Below, in pieces: positions 51,301-64,000 of a stretch of DNA of 64,000 nt. Source of the DNA: Obrimoposthia wandeli (Eukaryota); assembly GCA_977020255.1 (NCBI GenBank), contig CDROCS010002923.1, positions 62,001 to 126,000 on the forward strand. Reading direction: 5' to 3'. The notes under the pieces are model-generated. The model was given only the letters and a program-made list of their open reading frames with translations, was not told the origin of the DNA and made no database searches. Numbering within the stretch: the first letter of the stretch is position 1; the number at the start of each line of letters is the position of its first letter. The translations under genes were made by a program, and so were the position numbers.

Positions 51301-54189
51301 TTTTGTTTTTAACGCATCAATATTTGTGCGTGCCAAATTCAAATTTTCCCAAAATTATTTTTGGCGGATTTTCAAAATATTTTTTGAAAAAATGATTTTT
51401 GTTTAAATTTTTAATAAAATTTAAAAAAAACATAAAATTTCGAAAAACTTAAAATTTCAAAAAACTTAAAATTTCAAAAAACTTTTAATTTTCAAAAAAC
51501 ATTAAATTAAAAAAACTTAAAAAATTTAAAATATTGATATTTGCATTTACAACTGTGTTTTATAATATTATCCAAAGGAAACGTATCCTTTTCATAATCC
51601 TTTATCCTTCATCTCATCAATGCAATCCTTTATCGTAATCCTTCATATTGTTTTCATCATAATATGACATCTAATCTTCACTATCGCTATCCTTCATCCT
51701 CATCTCACCATTATCGCAATCTCTCTTCTTTCATCTCATCATCTTCATTATCGCAATCCGTCATCCTTCATCGCAATCATTCACCATGTCTTCATTATCG
51801 CTATCCTTCATCTTATCAATGTAATCCTTCACAAACTAGATGTTCATGTCATTTATGATATTTAAATGATTCTAAAAGAATAAGCATAGTCTTAGAAGAA
51901 AATTATGAGATGTTCAGGAAATAATTGATGTTTTACGAGGAATATTACTAGTATATAATGTATTGAAACCTTTCAAAAGAGAAAACATATCGACTTAAAA
52001 TGGGTTTACAGGGGGATTTATCAGGGGTGTTGGTTTCAGAATATAAAATATAACATGTGAAAGGGTTCAGAGGGTGATTTAAGATTTTTCAGAAGAGAAA
52101 ATTAGTAGGTTTTAGAAGCAAATTTAGATATTAACAACTTAGAAGGATTTTAGAAGAGAAAATGACGTAGAATACAAATTGATGGTTCAGGGGTGATATT
52201 ACCCAGATGGCTATAGAAGATAAATTTATGATATTTAGGTGGTTGAGAAGCAATTTCTGGAAATTATTTAATATAGATATGAAAAGAAATTAACAATGAA
52301 ATTGGGGTATGTAGGTGATTAAGAAGAGAAAATATAGAAAGAGTACTCAGAAAGAGAATTAACGGGTGAGTCCATAGATTTCAGAAGATAATTTATAGTC
52401 TTAACAGGGGGTTAAGATGGGATTTACCCAGATGGTTCTAAAAGAGAGAATTAGGGGTTTCAGAAGCAAATTTAAGCATTGATATTAACAATTTAGCAAG
52501 AGTTTAGAAGAGAAAATGATATAGAAGACAAATTCACGGTTCGGAGGAGATATTTAACTAGATGCTTCTAGAAGAGAAATTGATGATACGTATATGGTTA
52601 AGAAGTAAATTCAGGAAATGTATGATATTTAGAAAATATGGGTAATAGAAATTAACAAGGTGTTCAGGAAATTTATGATATTTAGGTTTAAGCATAGATG
52701 ATTAGCTAATTTTCTTCTACTTAATCTCCCTCAACCACCACGAAATTATCATATTCTTAATCCCCATATTATTCTTCCCTTCTTAGAGGAGAAATTATGA
52801 GATTTGTGTTATTCTAAGATGACATTACTCAAATACCTATCTTTATCGGTATTTCTATCATAAAGATGGGATACATGATTCGAATCAATAATTTAGCTGT
52901 AACACCCTTTGACATAATTCCACTATTAAGTCGCAGTAATTTAGGTAAAGATAATCAGAGTATGTTTCGGTTACAGTATTATCAGTTAGGGTAATTTTGA
53001 AATATCATTTCCACATACTTGATAATTGATTTATAGTATAACTCTGAAATTGATCCAAGACCGTTGAAGTATCAGTTATATCTAAATATTATGTCATTAT
53101 TTGATAATTTTTATATAAATGCATTCCTGCTGAAGCCAATAAGTTATATCTAATGTCTGCTAAATAATGAGTCTCTGAAATTGATGAGTTAGAAATTATT
53201 ACGAATTATAGGAAAATGGTGCTAAAAAAACTGGTGCTAAAGTGAATTATAAATAGACTTATATCAATATATGAGAGAAAGTTATTTATGATATTTAGAA
53301 GAGACATTAATGATATGTTCAGAAAATTTTTGATATCTAATCTGGCCCTAAAATGATTTATTGATAGGTTTATATCGATATTTGATAGAAAGTTGTGATA
53401 TTTGGATGCTTCTAGAGGATAAATTAATGATATATTCAGGAAATTAATGACATTTAGCTAGTTTCAGAGGAGACATTAATGATATGATAATGGAGTTTAT
53501 GATATTTATAAGGTTCTGAAGGCAAAATAATGATATATTCGGGAAATTAATGATATGGAAGAAATTATATAATATTTAGTGATATTTGTGAGCATTGCTT
53601 GAAATATTTCAATTGATTAGAGAAATTTAGGGAACAACATACATTGATGGAGTGTGTATTTGATTCAGTTTAATAGTCTTAATGAAAATGTAACCCATAT
53701 GATGATATCAGTGAATGTTCTCCAATCAATAAATTACAGAAAAATGGATCAATATGGTGGTGAAAGTATAAGTCTCTTTATATTGATTTATTGGATGTAC
53801 CCGCAGATGAGTTTACAACAAGAATACCACCGATGACTGAACCTCTCAATTTCTCATCCAAGTAAGATATTATCATAGGATTGCCCGCGCTTTCATGTCA
53901 TTGCAGTTAAAAGCATGATCTACTATGGAATTGTCCCTGGGATGCTACTTGAAGAAGGTATTCGCAGAGGAAGGACATTTATCGACTAACGTTATTATTA
54001 ATTCTGAGGGTGATTCTATTTTGATAACCCCAATTTTCACCAGTTGGAGATTTACCCAGATCAATTAGATGGATGTAGATGAAAGTATTCCGAATGAATT
54101 ACTTGACAATCTTGACAATCTTAGAAAATAATATTTGAAGACTTTATTATGCAAAGAAGATTGCTTTCATCATTTTGTTTACAATAGGT

Positions 54190-54790
54190 TACAGAAGAGA
54201 AATTAGTGATATTTAGGTATTTCTATATGAAACATTAATGGTATATCTAGGAAATTTACCATATTTAAGCGGTTCTAGAAGAGAAATTAATGATATTTTC
54301 AGGAAATCTATGATATTCTGATGGTTCTATAAGAGAAAGTAATGATATGTTTAGAAAATCTATGATATATAAGTGTTTCTATAATATAAATGTATGTTAT
54401 CTTCAGTAAATCTACGGTATTTAAATGATTCTATAATAGAAATTAATGATATGTTCGGGAAATCTATGATATTTAGGTGTTTCTAGAGGAGAAATTATTG
54501 ATATGTTCAGGAAATCTATGATATTCTGATGGTTCTAGAAGAGAAATCTATGATATGATCAGGAAGTCTATGATATTTAAGTGTTTCTATAATAGAAATG
54601 TATGTTATCTTCGGGAAATGATGGTTCTATAAGATAAATTATTGATATGTTCAGAAAATCTTTCATATTCTGATGGTTCTAGAAGATAAATATATGATAT
54701 CTTCGGAAAATCAATGATATTTAAGTGATACTAGAAAGGAAATTAATGATATGTTCATTCACTTTGATATATTTAGAAGGTTCTAGGGGG
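54190..54790. repeat. Degenerate AT-rich minisatellite (ATGATAT...TTCTAGAAGAGAAAT / TTCAGGAAATCT units)
   Basis: Recurrent ~20-30-bp modules. Related copies are scattered over 50830-53600, including a 50834-50990 / 53447-53601 duplication. Confidence 0.75.
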
Positions 54791-56596
54791 ATCCCATTTG
54801 ACCTTTAACTCATTATCCAAAGAAATGCCACCGGGTTGCTTCGGATATAGGTCAGATTTCATGCATAAAAGATAGCCCCGCATAAAGGGGAACTAAGGAT
54901 TTTGATTATTATAAGTCTTTTTAGATGATTAGAGGATAATCTCATGGTAGTTAGGGAAATCTCGTGAAAGTTGAGAGGTTTAAGAGGAAAAAATATAACA
55001 AGTATTAGATATTAGATATTAAATATAACAAGTATTTAACGAAAGAATAGCATAGAATCAATGAAATCAGACCAATATCAAGCATACCTCTTTCATCAAA
55101 GCAGACATAATGATGGATGTTTTTAAATAACAGACATCATTTAGCATTACTTATACATCAATTTTGATTGGTTGAAATATTCTACGTTACAGTCATTTAA
55201 AATATTCTACGTTGAAGTTGTTTAACTATAAACATTTTGTTGTAAAAACTAAGATATTAAGACTTATAATATTTGAGTTAGATGATTAGGTTAGAGTGGA
55301 AAAGGAAAATATTGGACATTTTATAAGAATGAATCTAATAATCAATAAATTGAGATATATCTATCCATTACTAACATGTCTATCGTTTCATGAATCTTCT
55401 TTCAAAAACTTTCAACCCTAACTTTCAGAAAAATCACCAAATACCATAAATTCATATATTTCCATAGATAAATATTGATTATTGAAAAACTGAAATTATA
55501 AATATTATTATTATAAACATCTAGTCTCCCTATCATCAACCAGCATACGGTGGCTGATAATAGGAATAATGATTTTTCTAATATGTCAATGAGATTTAGA
55601 GTATAAAGTGGAGTAATGTAGCTAATTATGGAGAAGACTTAGATGTTTTGAAGTTAAATTGATTATTATACAAGCCCACATGCAATTCCTTATAACAAAT
55701 GCATATACCAATAATACATATATTTCATCTATATCATAACACATGTTGTAAATCCCTATAAAACCTAATGCACATAATTCATCATATGTATTGTATTGAT
55801 TAATCTATTCTATCAAGTAGCTATTGATTATTTAATCTAGGGAATATGTTTAATATTTCTAAGATAGCATAGTTTCTCATTATTTTTTCAATATCGTTTC
55901 ATAAATCATTTGATTCAATAAATATCAATATTTCTATCAATATAACCTTAACTTTCGGACTTCTTATTAAATATTAATAAATAAAAAGGTAGAAAATAAA
56001 GATACGTACCTTTATTTGTTAATTCCATAGATTTCAATCAGGAGTCACTAATCCGCTGGGTCCAATCTTGTATATTCCATTGTAATCCAGTTGAGTAGAA
56101 ATATAGTTTTGATCCATTGATATTTCGGAAAAATAGCATTATAATATTGAATTTGGGTTCTTGTAGGTAATAAAATTGATTTTGGCAAGTATTTGATCGA
56201 TTCTTTAATAATATCAGAAATAAAGTAAGCGAATTTTCCCATCGATATATAAAATTGTAATAGGCTTCTGGAGAAAATGCATATCTATGAAAAATACTTG
56301 GACGTTGCTATAAATCAGCTTGCATGTTTATTTAAATATCTATTCGTTTATATAAAACTGAGACTCAGATTAACCAATAAGAATATATGTTTGCAATGTT
56401 ACTAAAATTAGATTATTTTTATAGTAACTCTATAAGAAATTAGAAAAGAAGAGAGAAATTACGCGATGGTTAAGATGTTTAAGGAAAATAGGGTTGGTGG
56501 AATTCTGGAAAAGAAGAAGCCGTAGCAACTATCCAAGGCAAGTTAAATTATAACGATTATAAAGTATTTCAGGAAACACGACACGGAATAGTAAAT

Positions 56597-59460
56597 GTGG
56601 AAGGGAGGTATGAAGTAAGTTTACCGTGGAAATATGAGAGCGCTAATGTTAGATGGGATTGTGAAATAGCTAACCAGCGGCATATGAGCTTGGAGAGACG
56701 GTTAGACAAAGACACTCAGTTGAAATCGGAGTACACGGCAGTCATGGATAGCCATCTACAGAAACGTTATATCAGAAAGGTAGAGAAAGTTGAAGTAAAG
56801 TTGATTAAGTGTTTGTTGCTGCATTTCCCGATCGCCAAGCGGAAAAAGGAAACAACTGAAGTTCACATAGTGTTCGATGCAGCTGCGGAAGTGCCAGGCA
56901 CAAGTTTGAATGATTTAATTCATTGTGGTCCGAACCTGCAAGGAGATCTAGAAACGATCTTGTTAAGGTTAAGAAAATATACTGTAGCATTAGTTTGTGA
57001 TATATCGGAGATGTATCTCCAAGTAAAGGGGGCAGAGAAAGATAAAGCGTGGTTGAGGTTTCTATGGAAGGGGCGTGGAAAAGTGCAAATGTATGAATTT
57101 AATCGGGTAGTATTTGGAATAAAGGCGTCACCCTTCTTGGCACAGTTAGTAACTCGAATAAGCACGGATAAGTTGAGTATGCTACAGAGCCATCGATACG
57201 ATACTAAAATCCACATACATGGATGATAGTTTGAATTATGTTCCGTCCGTTGAGGAGGCGATACAGATACAACAAGATCTGCTGCGGGTGTGGGACGGCA
57301 CGGGAATGAGTGCCAAAAATGGGTAAGCAACAATGACAGAGTCAATCAACAAATCGCCACAGCAGACCACGCAAAAGTATTAAAAATCGCGGATGGCGAA
57401 ACAATGCAAAGCATAAATACTTTGGGAGTAGCGTGAAACGCACAAGAAGACGTCTTCAGAATGACGACGAGTTTAGAAACGTTGAAGACAATCACTAAGA
57501 GGACATTCCTAAGTCTTCTGTCAAAAGTATTTGACTCATTAGGTTTTGCGAGTCCGATAATAATAAAGGCAAAGATTATTATGCAAGAGCTATGGCTGTC
57601 AGGTTTGGACTGTGATAAGAAAGTCGAAGGAAGTATTAGTGAGAAGATAATTCACTGGGTGGAAGATGTAAAGTTGTTAAATAAAGTTAAAGTTCCCAGA
57701 TGGATACTTGCTAAAAAATGTAGTAAGAGTTCGTTACACATTTTTGTAGACGCTTCTGAGCAAGTTTATGGAGCAGTAGGTTACTAGTATAAATCAGTGG
57801 AGGCACGTACCCACAAAATTAAATCCAGCGGACATATTTTCAAGAGGAGCCGATGTTCAGTGAATGAGCCAAGAAATGTTATGGTGGGAAGGTCCCGAGT
57901 TTTTATTAGGTCAAGAGATGGGGTGGCCAAAACAACTAACACAAGAAGTGATGTCAACAGAAGTAAAAAAGAAGCAAAAAGTGATAGTGACACATGTTAC
58001 GCAGAGAATCGATGGGTGCAATATAAGTAAGTATTCGACACTCGCAAGGTTACAAAGATGCATGGCGTGGGTAAAATGTTTCACAATTAACACACGGTTA
58101 GATCGAGATAATATATTATTGAAAGAACTGGAGATCACAGAAATTCAAACTGCAACAAAGCGGTTTTTAAAAGCTGAGCAACAAAGAAGATATTATCATG
58201 AAGATTATAAAAGACTAGAACAACAAAGGTCGCTAGAGAATAGCAGTGGTCTAATTAAATTGAATCCATGGATCGATCCAGATGGAATGATACACTCAAA
58301 CACAGAAATTATCCATGCACAATTTTTGGATTATCAGGCCAAGTATCCTATAATCTTCCCATACAAAAGTTGGGTCACAAGATTGATCCTAGAGGCGCAA
58401 CACAGAAAGTTGCATCATTATGCCGGCGTGTAGCATGTGTTGTGTGAGTTAAACAAGCAATATTGGATTCCAAAAGCGAGAAGATTAATATGAAATGTGG
58501 AATTCAAATGTATGACATGCCGAAAGAGTAAAGCGAGTGGAATGTCAGCTGCAATGGCTCTATTACCATATTTTCGTTTTGAAGAACCCCTCAGAGCATT
58601 CGGGAACGTAGGAATTGATTACGCAGGACAATTTTAACGAAGCAAGGCCGTGGAAACGTCAGAATGAAACGGTACTTGTGTTTACTAACCTGCTTACAGA
58701 CACGCGCATGATTTGACAATAGATTGGGTGATCAAGGCGTTAAAACGTTTATTGGAAGACGAAGAAGACTAAGCATGTTATTATCAGATAACGGGTGAAA
58801 TTGTGTTGGAGCAGTAGCAGAGGTTAAAAACTTTATGAAAAATACGTACAGTATTAAGTAAAAACTAAAAAAGGAGGAAATACGATGGGTGTTCAACCCA
58901 CCTTATACGCCGCACTTTGGAGGAGTGTTTGAAATTATGGTGAAGTGGGCAAGAAGGGCTATATTTAAGTTACTACAGAAGGCGACCATCAGTGACGAAG
59001 ACTTAACGACAATATTTATCGAAGCCGAAGCACTGTTAAACTCACGGCCGTTTTGAATAAAAAGTATGGATCCGAAAGAGAGCGAGGTGTTAACACCAAA
59101 TCATTTTTTGATAGGAGAAGTGCACATAGAAACGGGTTTAGAAGAAGAACAGTTTGGTGTGCAACAGCGTTGGAGATTGGTACAAAGGTTGACGACAGAG
59201 CTATGGAAGTGATAGTGGAGGAAATTGTGCCAATGTGGGCACCTCAACAACGATGGAATCAGAAACGTTCGCCATTTAAAGATGGGGATAGAGTCTGGGT
59301 AGTTGATAAGTAAAATGAGAGAGGGCAGTGGAAGTTGGGAATATATATAGAAGTGAATCCAGGAACAGATAAAAAGGTGAGAGTCGCAACGGTGAAGATT
59401 GGGTCCAAGATAGAAGTAAAGTCGCTGGGACTCCTTTGTAAACTGGGATGTGAGGCGTCG
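56597..59460 (+). pseudogene. BEL/Pao LTR retrotransposon pol (RT, RNase H/peptidase A17 domain, integrase)
   Basis: HIVFDAA..SLND...GPNL, CDISEMYLQV, LRFLW, VFGIKASPFLA, YMDD, LHIFVDASEQVYGAV, GIDYAG and [14 protein letters not shown]. Many stops and frameshifts. Confidence 0.93.
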
Positions 59461-59500
59461 GGAGGACGATGGATACGTTAAGGTTGATCTAATTAGATCA

Positions 59501-59867
59501 AAGGGGAGAGCATGTTTTGGAACAGAATTACGGAAAGTGCAGAAGGTGACGGATGTAGATAATCACATGCTGAATAATTATTATCTAATAAATTAAATAT
59601 TAAAATAATAGTAATAATTATGATGACGATGATGGTTAGGCAATAAAAATAGTGGTGAAGGTGATGGTCTTAAAAAGTAATTGTTTAAAAAGAGTAAAAA
59701 GAAATGACCTTGGTGATTAAAAAAGTTTGAAGTTATGGAAATAAAAATTTATTGATGTTGTGAAGTTTATTAAAAGTTTAAAAAACGGTTTGAATGTTTT
59801 AAAAAGTATCAATTTCAATAAAGTTTACGTTAGGTCTTATGCTATGTTTTATGATTTCAATTAGTAT
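59501..59867 (+). mobile_element. PPT and 3' LTR of the BEL/Pao element
   Basis: AAGGGGAGAG (59501-59510), then TGTTTTGG at 59513. The distal end matches 48722-48796. Confidence 0.7.
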
Positions 59868-62334
59868 TGTTGGGGTTTCTATACGAAACTTGGTATAGAG
59901 CCTCTTGAATGCGGAGGGCCCCAACGTGAGTTCGATTAGAAGCAGGTCTTAAAGTTGGTCGTGGCCTACTTAGTGTTATGGTTGCCTAATCTCTTGTACT
60001 ATCTGAAGGTATTTGATTTGGTGTCTCTTATTCTGAAGGGTGCAAAAACAACTTGTTCTAATGTAGGAAATTGTTTATTTGTAATTCACGAACTAAAACA
60101 CAACAATACGTTTATGTACGTATTTTCTAAAAAGTATAGTAAAATTCCTAAGACTTCTGTAAGTCTCTACAACAAGTGGGGATGAACCACGTATCGATTT
60201 TATGTTAAGGGTGATCGAGTTTTTTAGAGTCGTTCCTCTAACTCGCGAATAAGCTCAAGTTAAGATTTTCAAATTAATATGACTCTTATGTCAAACTCTA
60301 ACTTTAATTCCCAATTTTAACTTTACTGGCAAACTTTTATCTTTATACCAAACTATGGCAATTTAGACAAAACTTCTCTTCAAACTTTTATGGCAATTTT
60401 TAGACAAAAAACTTCTCTTCAAACTTTTATGCAATTTAGACAATTTCAACAAATTGCAATGTCAAACTCTATGACAATTTTAGGATAAACTTTATCAATT
60501 TAGTTTATAATCAAAAATCAATGTAATTCAAAATGTGATGTCAATTTTATGACAATTTACTAGAATAAATAATTCAAAATGTGATGTCAACTTTATGACA
60601 ATTTTCTAGGATAAACTTTATCAATTTAGTTTACAATCAAAAATCACTGTAATTCAAAATGCGATGTCAACTTTATGACAATTTTCTAGGATAATTAATT
60701 CAAAATGTGATGTCAACGTTATGACAATTTTCTAGGATGAACTTTATCAATTTAGTTTACAATCAAAAAATCAATGTAATTCAAAATGCGATGTCAACTT
60801 TATGACAATTTTCTAGGATAAATAATTCAAAATGTGATGTCAACTTTATGACAATTTTCTAGGGTAAACTTTATCAATTTAGGTTACAATCAAAATCAAT
60901 GTAATTCAAAATGCGATGTCAACTTTATGACAATTTTCTAGAATAAACTTTATCAATTTAGTTTACAATCAAAAATCAATGTAATTTAAAATGCGATGTC
61001 AACTTTGTGACAATTTTCTAGGATAAACTTTATCAATTTAGTTTACAATCAAAAATCAATGTAATTTAAAATGCGATGTCAACTTTGTGACAGTTTTCTA
61101 GGATAAACTTTATCAATTTAGTTTACAATCAAAAATCAATGTAATTTAAAATGCGATGTCAACTTTGTGACAGTTTTCTAGGATAAACTTTATCAATTTA
61201 GTTTACAATCAAAAATCAATGTAATTTAAAATGCGATGTCAACTTTGTGACAGTTTTCTAGGATAAACTTTATCAATTTAGTTTACAATCAAAAATCAAT
61301 GTAATTTAAAATGCGATGTCAACTTTGTGACAGTTTTCTAGGATAAACTTTATCAATTTAGTTTACAATCAAAAATCAATGTAATTTAAAATGCGATGTC
61401 AACTTTATGACAATTTTCTAAGATTATGACAATTTTCTAAGATAATGAAGTAAAACTTGAGACAATTTTTAACAATCTCTCTTACGTTTCTCTTTATCTC
61501 GAGGCGATTTCCAAGTCCTGTGTGGTGTCCGTGATGATTTCCAATCTGGTCGCTGCTAGGGAAAATGTTGGCTCCTTTTAGGCTTGAGAATTTACAACGT
61601 TAGGATATTGCACGATTGCTGGAGAAGTCAGGAATGCGACTTTAATTGATGAATGTAGGAGTCGGTGATATCGGCAATAGTAGCTCTGACGATTTCTTCT
61701 TTCGTTCTGATTAATAGGTTGGTGATAACTGGAGAGGATAACTTTTGCTTCGAACGGAGGACTAAAATCTAAATTAATCTTAAGTCTACTGTCGACTACT
61801 ACTTACCAATTCGTGGCGATGTATGTCTGTCGGAGATATTGATTCCCTTCTTCTAGTCTACTAGTTTCCTGGATTGGCGATCCGCCTTATATAGTTGCTT
61901 TGTTGAAATATTGATTTTTTCCGGTTGAGTTGTTTTGGCAATTGACTATGGCAATTTAGTCAGAGATTCACGGGGATTCTTCTGCTCAGGACAATTGAAA
62001 CAACAGCTGCTAGCTGAAAGTAATTAAAGTTTATTGCACGTAAATGTGCTTACCTCTTGATTGACGTTTTTCTTTCTGCTGACGTTAGCAGATTCTAAAT
62101 TCTTTTGCTTAGTTAATTTGTTGCCCGTTTGGGTTAATTAATTTAACTTTTATACACATTTCACACTATACACGACCTTCGTGGTCCTCCTAATTTTTAC
62201 CCTAAATTCCACTAATTTTAATTCTAAAACTAAAATTAATATTTTAATTTAATTTTCAACCTTGCTTTCAAGGATTTTTATTTTAGTATTTAATCGACTA
62301 AAATATTTAAATTTCTTAATTCTCAAACCTAACA
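59868..62334 (-). repeat. Unclassified dispersed element, copy 2, carrying the 80-bp satellite
   Basis: TGTTGGGG...CCTAACA ends. Colinear with 26566-27885. Confidence 0.55.
60459..61440. repeat. Tandem array of 80-bp units mixed with ~42-bp half units
   Basis: Line starts recur every 240 nt (3x80) at 61021/61261. Each unit contains TGTCA-N6-TGACA. Confidence 0.95.
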
Positions 62335-62636
62335 TACCTCGGGGGTTCAAAAAATGTTACGTCCCCGGAACGTATCGATTTTACTTAAATAAGCCTCTGG
62401 CTGTTGATTTTAGGTTCATCCCTACAAAATCAATCATTCAACTTCAACAAACATGCCCAAAACAAAATTTCTCAAAATCCCGGTTTTTTAGTGGGAAACA
62501 TAATGTATAATTTGGAACAAGTCTCAGACTATACATTATTACTTATACACAACTAAAATTTACACACAAAAATATTGAGGGTGAGGAATATGTCACAAGA
62601 TTGTCTGGGATATGTCACAAGAATGTCTGGAATATG

Positions 62637-63140
62637 TCAACCGTTCCTGTCCTTCAGGAACAGCAAGACCTGCTCCAGTGGTAGTTCCGGATACGATGGT
62701 GGGCCGCCATTGTATAGTAACATTTGCTGGCGCATGGTGAGGTGTTGACTCGGGTGGAAAATGGTAGTATATCGCCCGTGTATTCCGCGATTTCCGAGCC
62801 ATATTTGACGGCCACGCTGCCATGAGCGGGGGTCGCGAGTTGATCGGTATTTCTCGCGGAGGGCGAGTTTTGCATCGCGACGGCGCGCGATACAGTCGGG
62901 GCAATGGCAGTGCTCGCCACCAATACAGCTGGTGAGCGAATGGGTGGCCTTGTGGCGCCCTCGACACTGTAGTGTCCATTCCGCGAAGGGAGTACGGCAA
63001 AAGGGGCAATTGACATGTCCTTCGGGTCGAAGTCGGGCCCAAGTATATAGGCAGGATTCGTGGAATTTGTGACGGCAGCCGACAGGGGATGCTGATGCCG
63101 CCCAAATTTTCTCCATGCATACAGCGCACTTCATCTGCAT
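62637..63140 (-). CDS. Intronless RING-H2 protein 1
   Basis: CAVC...CRHKFHESC...CPFCR (C3H2C3), followed by CIGGEHCHCPDC. GC-rich. Confidence 0.8.
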   Translation of the reverse strand: MQMKCAVCMEKIWAASASPVGCRHKFHESCLYTWARLRPEGHVNCPFCRTPFAEWTLQCRGRHKATHSLTSCIGGEHCHCPDCIARRRDAKLALREKYRSTRDPRSWQRGRQIWLGNRGIHGRYTTIFHPSQHLTMRQQMLLYNGGPPSYPELPLEQVLLFLKDRNG

Positions 63141-63475
63141 AAGAAAATAACTCCTTTCAATTTGGGTTCACCGTTCTCATCGTTAATTTAAATTTTATTT
63201 CAAAACGAATCCTTAGTTATCTAATCCTACCGAGTTTTGTTTCGATTTTAGGCATGTTTACGCATTCACACTAAGCATTAAAAAATTGTCTTTTTTAGAA
63301 ATTCAGTATAATAATTACACTTTCAGTTAAACATCATACATAAAAATGGTAATGGTCAATTTACAGTTCACAAGATTATATAATTATGATTACAATTATG
63401 GTAGCTAATTTATCGCGGTATGCGATACACAGGGTAGTTCATGATGTCACGTTCAAGTCAGAAAGTTACCTTCGA

Positions 63476-63781
63476 TTATTGTTGGGGATTGGGCTGGCCT
63501 GTGCTTCGCTCCTCCACGCAGAACGAGCACCAGCAATCGCAGATGGTTTTCCAGCAGTGTACGATGGGTACCACTGCTTGGAGGCTGTCCTGGTTGTACA
63601 CGTAGTGTACTGAGAAGGTCGCTCTGCACATCGGGCAGGTTGGGAAGTCGAGGGGATTGTTGCTGTTGGCGATGGGAATCCACGTCTCGAGGCATTCGAT
63701 GTGGAAGAGGTGGTCGCAGTTGTTGGGCTTGGTGTAGAGGTCCACGATGCTCTCGTAGCAGATGGAACATTCTCCAGACAT
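63476..63781 (-). CDS. Intronless RING-H2 protein 2
   Basis: CSIC...CDHLFHIEC...CPMCR, followed by CWKTICDCWCSFC. Confidence 0.82.
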   Translation of the reverse strand: MSGECSICYESIVDLYTKPNNCDHLFHIECLETWIPIANSNNPLDFPTCPMCRATFSVHYVYNQDSLQAVVPIVHCWKTICDCWCSFCVEERSTGQPNPQQ

Positions 63782-63841
63782 TACTGTGGGAGGGTTGATG
63801 TTGAATTTGGGCTCGATTGAGGACTGGTGGTTGTGTGATGT

Positions 63842-64000
63842 TTACACAAAAGTGGTCTGATTTTGTCGATCTGACAAACAGTAATAACACCAACACTCTC
63901 CGAAATTCTTCCAACAGAATACCACCTGTACATATACATCCTCTTGGTTGGGTTCTAACATGATGAACCTTGCGAATTGTCTTCTGCATACAGGGCAACA
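63842..64000 (-). CDS. RING-type protein 3, cut by the window edge (not in ORF track)
   Basis: Reading from 64000: CCPVCRRQFARFIMLEPNQEDVYVQVVFCWKNFGECWCYYCLSDRQNQTTFV*. Same layout as protein 2. Confidence 0.7.
   Translation of the reverse strand, partial: CCPVCRRQFARFIMLEPNQEDVYVQVVFCWKNFGECWCYYCLSDRQNQTTFV

Noticed and set aside
60459-61440. CRISPR-like appearance of the regular array with palindromic cores
   Set aside because: Units are identical end to end with no unique spacers, there are no cas genes, and the context is eukaryotic.
63453-63998. 181-aa minus-strand ORF in the track
   Set aside because: It is an alternative frame over the RING ORFs with no motif. The RING frames explain the sequence.

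Overview
This is strongly AT-rich eukaryotic (invertebrate animal) genomic DNA dominated by decayed transposons. Three host genes are recognisable: the last five coding exons of SCYL2 (2304-11608, +, all splice phases consistent), an intronless Na+/K+-ATPase beta subunit (23102-23977, +), and the terminal exon of a 5-HT7-like GPCR (39173-38869, -). At least four Polinton/Maverick (adintovirus-like) remnants are present, with termini of two types (AGTAGT... and AGTAGG-N2-GATGTG). One remnant is nested in a short-LTR Gypsy element with a TAGTA TSD inside a SCYL2 intron. A 186-bp element made only of two Polinton-type ends with a perfect 6-bp TSD sits in the last SCYL2 intron (candidate Polinton MITE). 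Other content: a BEL/Pao pol, pogo, hAT, Tc1 and MULE relics, an unclassified repeat family carrying an 80-bp satellite, three dispersed 28S rRNA pieces (one folded into a long hairpin just behind the GPCR stop), a tRNA pseudogene, and a GC-rich cluster of three intronless RING-H2 ORFs sharing a second Cys4 motif at the right edge. All homology calls come from remembered family motifs, not database searches; identities are judged by eye.
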